DNA from: Bdellovibrionota bacterium
GTDB taxonomy: Bacteria > Bdellovibrionota > UBA1018 > CAIPTA01 > JAALKR01
NCBI GenBank assembly: GCA_965207455.1
Contig: CBDBMJ010000001.1
Coordinates: 1,216,001 to 1,280,000, forward strand
Reading direction: 5' to 3'
DNA: 64,000 bases
Below, piece after piece: positions 58,365-64,000 of the stretch. Numbering within the stretch: the stretch's first letter is position 1; every line of letters starts with the position of its first letter. A model generated the notes under the pieces. It saw only the letters and a program-made list of their open reading frames with translations, ran no database searches and was not told the origin of the DNA. Position numbers and translations under genes: made by a program.

Positions 58365-59165
58365 ATGCGCCCCTATTACTTTCTATTCCTCTTAGCAGCG
58401 CCAATGCTCGCTTCTTGTGGTTTTCGTGATCCTCTGGCCGGATCGGATTCTGATATAGTCACAAATTTCACCAAATGTCGATTACATCCAGCCCAAGGAA
58501 GACATAGCATCCTACAGCCATGGAGAAACCTCCCTGTTAGAGTGGTGCTGGACCGTAATTTTTATGCCACTGACGAACAGGAACAGGCAAAACATATTAA
58601 AGGCGCTATTCAACGCTGGAACGACTGGGGAAAATTAAAAGGACTGAATATCTTCACCATTGTCAATGACGATCAAGAGGCCGCATCTGGATCAAATATA
58701 CCCGTTACAGAAACCTGCGATCTACGATCCATTATGATTAACCAAGCTCAAAATGTAGACATAGGGATTTGGAAGATTGAAGCCGGAGGGGATGCTCGAA
58801 ATACAAGAGATGTGGGCGGTACTCAATGCAATCTTTTGGAAAGAGATATCCAAGGATTAGCCGCCTGGAACTTGAGCAGTAATCGCATCGACAAAGCTGC
58901 TATTATATTAAATTTCGATACTTGGAATCGACCTGGAGTTGCAACCTTTGATCTGGAAAGCATAGCACTCCATGAACTGGGTCACGCCCTAGGACTTCTC
59001 CATAGCTGTAAGATTTCACCCGGCGACCAAACTTCCGCTCCAGACTGCGCTTCAGCTTCTATTCGACTCTTTAGAACTGCGGTAATGTTTCCAAGTCTTG
59101 GAGAAAGTACGTTGAGAAGGAATTTACGTCAAAACGACTACAACCGCATTAACTGCCTGTACTAA
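58365..59165 (+). CDS. Matrixin/M10-like zinc metalloprotease lipoprotein
   Basis: LASC lipobox, HELGHALGLLH and a Met-turn AVMFP. Confidence 0.88.
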   Translation: MRPYYFLFLLAAPMLASCGFRDPLAGSDSDIVTNFTKCRLHPAQGRHSILQPWRNLPVRVVLDRNFYATDEQEQAKHIKGAIQRWNDWGKLKGLNIFTIVNDDQEAASGSNIPVTETCDLRSIMINQAQNVDIGIWKIEAGGDARNTRDVGGTQCNLLERDIQGLAAWNLSSNRIDKAAIILNFDTWNRPGVATFDLESIALHELGHALGLLHSCKISPGDQTSAPDCASASIRLFRTAVMFPSLGESTLRRNLRQNDYNRINCLY

Positions 59166-60606
59166 AAGTACTCTGAAAAGCACATTCATTTTTCAATAAA
59201 CTATACGCCGACTCATTCATATACAAACTGGGAATAAAGTTCTGTATATTGGAAAGAATTCGTACAATGGAATGCTGCCTGTCCACGAGAAGGCTCGCTT
59301 TCCCCCTATAATCTAAAATTTTTACTGGATCCCTCTCTTGGAGTATATTGTTTTTTGTTTTTCCATTTAAAATATCGTTCCTATGGGTCGCAAATACAAT
59401 ATCCGATTTGGGAATATCATAAAGAAGCCATTCCGTTCCTACCCCCTTTTTTTGAATGATATTTTCAAAATCCTGCACTAAACTTCTAATTTTTTGCTCC
59501 ATTTTTTTCCGTTCCCCAATACCATCCTTGTCCCTAGCAAATAATTGCTGCTCAAATGGAGGAATGGTAATCCGACGAGGACTAATACGATACAATAACA
59601 TCTTCGCCATCTCTTTAATTTTAGGATCCTTTATGGAATCATTTATATATTCCTTGTGGAGCAAACCCATAAAATAAAAATCGTTAAAACCAAAAAAATG
59701 GTCCGGCTCTTTGCCCACCATCTCCAGTAAATCTTCAAACTGCCATATCTTCTTTGTTTCTAAAAAATACTTCGTGATTGTTTCTCCAATAATGTCGAAA
59801 CGGGCGCCAGCACTTCCTCGTACAATTTGAGAATACCAACCAAAACGGGCAATAAGAAAATCCTCCACTGCGTGCATGGCATTGTCTCGAACACCAAGGC
59901 TTTTATTCCCGTCCCCCGAATCAAACGCAACCATATGGTAGAGAATATAATCATGGTCGATATGCCCATACTTAATGCCCGTATAGTGGGCATCTCTCAT
60001 CAAATAGTCCATACGGTCTGCGTCCACCTCCGAATGCAGCACCTGATTGGCCAATAAATTATCACTCTCCCCCTTAATAATGGTGGATATCTCCTGATAA
60101 TCCAGCTCCGTCTCTTCCAGTATTTGTGTAATCCCCCCCGGCTCCTTGCTATTTTTTAAAATATACGCTCCCAAATGCTCGTGGTTATTGGGATAGGACT
60201 TGCCCCGGGAAGCAGTAGAACCATGCTGTATATAAGCACCCTCGCAGGTATGGCTAAAAGGAAAGGTGCCAATATCATGGAGCAACGCAGCGATTCGTAT
60301 GTTTTTATGAAAGGTGGATGCGGGATCATTGGATTTTGTGTCGAATAGTTTCTCGGGCGGCACAGCATAACCAATGGCCTGGAGAATTTTATCCGCTATA
60401 TGCATAACCCCTATGGCATGGGCGAAACGATTGTGCTCAGCCCCTGGAAATAAATAACTGGAAAAACCCAATTGCTTGATCCAACGCAAGCGCTGGTAAT
60501 AGGGCGACTGGATAATCCTAGCCTCCGTCTCGGTGAGTTTGATAAATCCGTACAAAGGATCAAAGATGGTGCGAGCAGGTTTCGTTTTAAAATTTAAAGT
60601 CTTCAA
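59149..60606 (-). CDS. HD-domain phosphohydrolase (SAMHD1/dNTPase-like)
   Basis: QRLRWIKQLG, HNRFAH, LLHDIG and DADRMDYL.RD motifs. Confidence 0.9.
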   Translation of the reverse strand: MKTLNFKTKPARTIFDPLYGFIKLTETEARIIQSPYYQRLRWIKQLGFSSYLFPGAEHNRFAHAIGVMHIADKILQAIGYAVPPEKLFDTKSNDPASTFHKNIRIAALLHDIGTFPFSHTCEGAYIQHGSTASRGKSYPNNHEHLGAYILKNSKEPGGITQILEETELDYQEISTIIKGESDNLLANQVLHSEVDADRMDYLMRDAHYTGIKYGHIDHDYILYHMVAFDSGDGNKSLGVRDNAMHAVEDFLIARFGWYSQIVRGSAGARFDIIGETITKYFLETKKIWQFEDLLEMVGKEPDHFFGFNDFYFMGLLHKEYINDSIKDPKIKEMAKMLLYRISPRRITIPPFEQQLFARDKDGIGERKKMEQKIRSLVQDFENIIQKKGVGTEWLLYDIPKSDIVFATHRNDILNGKTKNNILQERDPVKILDYRGKASLLVDRQHSIVRILSNIQNFIPSLYMNESAYSLLKNECAFQSTFSTGS

Positions 60607-60714
60607 TGTATTTATCTCCTATGCGTCGCGTTTATGAGAAAGCTCATGCCTTCTACTAGTAAATAATATAAAATACCGTGATGGAGTAGAAGTTTTTTTA
60701 TTTTTTAATTTATT

Positions 60715-63700
60715 ATGCTAAATCGGTTAGTGTCATTTTTTGTCGAACGGGAGTTATTAGGTAACCTAATCACCGTCTTTATTTTTATTGTGGGCACTTT
60801 CTCCATTTTTGCCATTCGTAAAGACCTTTTCCCTCCAGTGGACTTTGATACTGTGCTGGTCTCAGCCAGTATGAGGGGAGCCTCTTCGGAACAGGTGGAG
60901 AAACTCTTAGTAAACCCCTTAGAGCAGGCCATTCGTAGCGTAGAGGGTTTAGAAAAGGTGACTAGCAGTGCCATTCAGGGGCTTGCTGGAATGGTACTTA
61001 CCTTGGATCCAGACGCCCGAGATCCCACAGATACCATGGCAGATATCCGTAGTGCCATCGATCAAATTCAAAATTATCCCGAATCTGCAAACGAACCCAA
61101 GATAAGAAAATTAAACGCATCCGACTCAACCCTTATTGCCATTGCCATAACAATGGAGGGTGCCACCCAGTATGAGTTGAGAGAAAAAGTAAAATTTTTG
61201 GCGAACAAGCTCGAAGATGTCAATGGAGTGTCCGGCATTGGTAAAACTCCCTGGTTCGACAAAGAAATTGTTATAAGCGTTCACGAAAGAAAATTATTAA
61301 GAAATAAAATATCTTTGGGGCAAGTAATTCAAGCCATTCGAAACCAAAATAAGCAACTCCCCGCTGGTGACAGCATGCTGGTTAACAAAAGAGAAGAGAT
61401 ATTTATTAAAACAGATGGGGAACTGATCAACCTCGAGGATGTACGCAATACCGTAATCCGGGCGAATATAGAAGGCTATGTAGTTCGAGTGAAAGATGTG
61501 GCCGACGTATCGCAACGCTTAGAGGAGAATAAAAAAATCTATCGAGTAGACGGCACACCCTCTTTTCTTTTAAATATACGAAAAAAAGCCAGTGCCGATG
61601 CCTTAACTGTGGTGAAGCGAATAAAGAAAAAAGTAGAAGAACTCAAACCCGCCCTACCTGCGAACATGCGCTTCAAGTTCATCAATGATTTCACAAAATA
61701 TTTAGAAAGACGTATCAATGTACTTAGCAGTAATATGATTATTGGTATAGGACTAGTGTTTTTTCTCCTCACCCTTTTTCTGCCTTTCCGAATAGCCATC
61801 ATTGTAGCTATCGGCATTCCATTTGCCATGCTGGCCGACATTGCCCTAGCCTACACCCTCGATCTATCCATCAACCTCTTGAGCCTAGTGGGCTTAATTA
61901 TCGTATGTGGCATGGTGGTGGACGATGTGGTGGTGGTGGTAGAAAATATATACCGCAAAATAGAAGATGGAATTCCCTCTAAAGAAGCTATTGTGAATGG
62001 TACAGCAGAGATGATCACTCCAGTGCTGTCCGCAGTGATGACCACCATAATGGCCTTCCTGCCTCTCATGTTTATGACAGGCATCTTTGGTAAATTTATC
62101 TTTCACATTCCTTTAATGGTAATAGGAGCCCTCCTTTTTTCTCTATGGGAAGGATTTTTCATAGCTCCCTGCCATATGCAAAGCTTTGGGGTTCCTAAAT
62201 CAAGAAATACGAAAAAAACACCAGAGGAACCCGGATTATACAAGCGATGTTTAGTTACATACGGAAACTTTATTCGCATATTAATTCGTCACCGCTATTT
62301 AAGCATGGTGGGCTTTTTAGGCATCTTTATACTCACTGGATTTGTGGCAAAAAATATGCGCTTTATCCTTTTCCCTCCCACCGGAATGAATACATTTTTT
62401 GTTTCTTTGGAGTCCAATCCTGGAACGGAACTAAAAGAAATGGAACGCATGACTTCACAGGTAGAGGAATTTATTAAACAAAACATACCCAAGTCAGACC
62501 TAACGAACTATATTAGCTCAGTGGGAATTCAGCAGAAAAGACCCAACGACCAATCCAAGCGAGGATCCAATTATGCGCAAATTCAAGTGGATTTAATTTC
62601 AAGTGAACTCCGCGAATATGAAACCACGGAACTTATAAAAAAAATCAGAGAGAAATTTAAACCTCCCAAGAAAATTACTCACTACTCTATTGATATAGCC
62701 AAAAGAGGACCTCCCCAAGGAGCGCCCATTTCCATTAATATCAAGGGAAGCGATTTTGCTGTTCTAAAACAAATTGCAAATAAATTGAAAAAAATCCTCA
62801 CCACTATTGATGGTGTGCACTCCATTCGAGACTCCGAGCTTCTTGGTAAGAGAGAACTAAGAATTATTCCCGACCCTGTAAAAATCAACCAAGCCGGCTT
62901 AAGCGTATTCGACGTTGCCCAAACCGTACAAGCTGCCTTTGGAGGAGTAAACGCTTCCACCATTCGTAGCCTCGATGAAGAAATAACCATACGGGTGCAA
63001 ATGGATAAAGGACAAGAGGACGCCCTGGAAAAAATTAAAAAATTAAAAATAGGAAATAAAAGATTCAATTTAATTCCCTTAACATCCGTGGCTAATATTG
63101 AAATCAACAATACTCGTCAATTTATACAGCACGAGGGTTTCGCTCGATTAACCAGTGTTATGGCAGAGGTGGATCTGGATAAAACTACTGCATTAGCTGC
63201 CACTAAGAAATTTTCAGAAAAATCAGCCCAAGTACTAAATGCCTACCCCGGCTATACTATGGAGTTAGGTGGAGAATCAAAAGATACAAACGAAAGTGTT
63301 GACGGATTGAAAAAATCCTTTTTATTGGCAGCGTTCTGTATCTATATTATCTTAATTTTAACCTTTAATAATTTCTGGCAACCCTTTCTCATCCTCTGCT
63401 CCATTCCCATGGGTATTGTTGGTATTATATGGGCCCTTTTTCTCCATGGCGAAGTTATGAGCTTTATGGGCATGCTGGCAATCGTGGCCCTATCGGGCAT
63501 TATTGTAAACAATTCCATCGTGTTTATAGATTTCTTCAACAAGAAGTGCAAGGATGGTCTCGATAATTTGGAAAACAAATTAGTGGAAACCGCAACCATA
63601 CGATTGCGCCCCATTATCCTCACCTCCCTTACCACGGTGCTTGGACTCATGCCCACTGCTTACGGCATAGGTGGAAGTGATCCTTTTATCGTAAGCCTCG

Positions 63701-63858
63701 CCATCGGTATTGGATGGGGACTAGCCGTAGGTTCCATACTTGCCACCGTAGCCATCCCCTGTGAAATTGCCATTGCCTATGATGTTGGAAATTTCCTGAA
63801 ACGGATTTGGCGCGCATTTACTGGACGATCAACGTATCCAACGCCTAGTGATCGATAG
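60715..63858 (+). CDS. RND efflux transporter permease (AcrB/CzcA family)
   Basis: 1047 aa; GMVVDD..VVVENI and RLRPIILTSLTT motifs. Confidence 0.95.
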   Translation: MLNRLVSFFVERELLGNLITVFIFIVGTFSIFAIRKDLFPPVDFDTVLVSASMRGASSEQVEKLLVNPLEQAIRSVEGLEKVTSSAIQGLAGMVLTLDPDARDPTDTMADIRSAIDQIQNYPESANEPKIRKLNASDSTLIAIAITMEGATQYELREKVKFLANKLEDVNGVSGIGKTPWFDKEIVISVHERKLLRNKISLGQVIQAIRNQNKQLPAGDSMLVNKREEIFIKTDGELINLEDVRNTVIRANIEGYVVRVKDVADVSQRLEENKKIYRVDGTPSFLLNIRKKASADALTVVKRIKKKVEELKPALPANMRFKFINDFTKYLERRINVLSSNMIIGIGLVFFLLTLFLPFRIAIIVAIGIPFAMLADIALAYTLDLSINLLSLVGLIIVCGMVVDDVVVVVENIYRKIEDGIPSKEAIVNGTAEMITPVLSAVMTTIMAFLPLMFMTGIFGKFIFHIPLMVIGALLFSLWEGFFIAPCHMQSFGVPKSRNTKKTPEEPGLYKRCLVTYGNFIRILIRHRYLSMVGFLGIFILTGFVAKNMRFILFPPTGMNTFFVSLESNPGTELKEMERMTSQVEEFIKQNIPKSDLTNYISSVGIQQKRPNDQSKRGSNYAQIQVDLISSELREYETTELIKKIREKFKPPKKITHYSIDIAKRGPPQGAPISINIKGSDFAVLKQIANKLKKILTTIDGVHSIRDSELLGKRELRIIPDPVKINQAGLSVFDVAQTVQAAFGGVNASTIRSLDEEITIRVQMDKGQEDALEKIKKLKIGNKRFNLIPLTSVANIEINNTRQFIQHEGFARLTSVMAEVDLDKTTALAATKKFSEKSAQVLNAYPGYTMELGGESKDTNESVDGLKKSFLLAAFCIYIILILTFNNFWQPFLILCSIPMGIVGIIWALFLHGEVMSFMGMLAIVALSGIIVNNSIVFIDFFNKKCKDGLDNLENKLVETATIRLRPIILTSLTTVLGLMPTAYGIGGSDPFIVSLAIGIGWGLAVGSILATVAIPCEIAIAYDVGNFLKRIWRAFTGRSTYPTPSDR

Positions 63859-64000
63859 CGATAGACGCCAACCCCAGTTTTTTTGCTTGCTCCAACGCCC
63901 GCTCTGCTCGACGCAAAAGATTGCTCCCTTCGTCCTGAAAAATATGATCAATGGTGGAAAGACCAAAGCAAGCCGTGAGCTTAATTTCCTTTCGTCCATG
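63845..64000 (-). CDS. 3' end of a GGDEF-like domain protein (partial)
   Basis: Manual translation …KLTACFGLS…LLRRAERALEQAKKLG…*. Confidence 0.6.
   Translation of the reverse strand, partial: HGRKEIKLTACFGLSTIDHIFQDEGSNLLRRAERALEQAKKLGLASIAIDH

Overview
AT-rich bacterial chromosomal segment, most plausibly from a Bdellovibrionota-like organism. This is inferred from FliA/sigma28-type promoter motifs, sigma54 activators, many secreted proteases and lipoproteins, and TPR-wHTH regulators. A housekeeping backbone (udg, nfeD/SPFH, SpoIID, class IV aminotransferase, htrA, two subtilases, mpg, acyl-CoA dehydrogenase, pgi, xseA, dps, HD hydrolase, RND pump) is interrupted by three accessory regions. 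(1) A ~10.7-kb tyrosine-integrase element sits in the 3' end of tRNA-Gln(TTG), with 16-bp att repeats at 12329 and 23016. It carries a Replic_Relax-like gene beside a long hairpin, an MTase-Mrr fusion, an IS3/IS2-type element and two divergent [3TM membrane protein + ThsB-like TIR] modules with no ThsA; the membrane gene of one module is decayed. Just outside it is an array of three 226-bp structured repeats that each regenerate the tRNA 3' end. (2) A duplicated regulator/promoter block places a PLP-fold enzyme and an A-domain + ferric-reductase-like + crotonase operon behind copies of the same upstream sequence. (3) A second, related integrase element at tRNA-Leu(CAA) carries an endonuclease I; its distal end seems to have been removed at an IS256 that lacks a target duplication. 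Repeat-rich surface proteins (RCC1/Ig-like, DUF285/BspA) are frameshifted or truncated. All family assignments come from motif recognition, not database searches.
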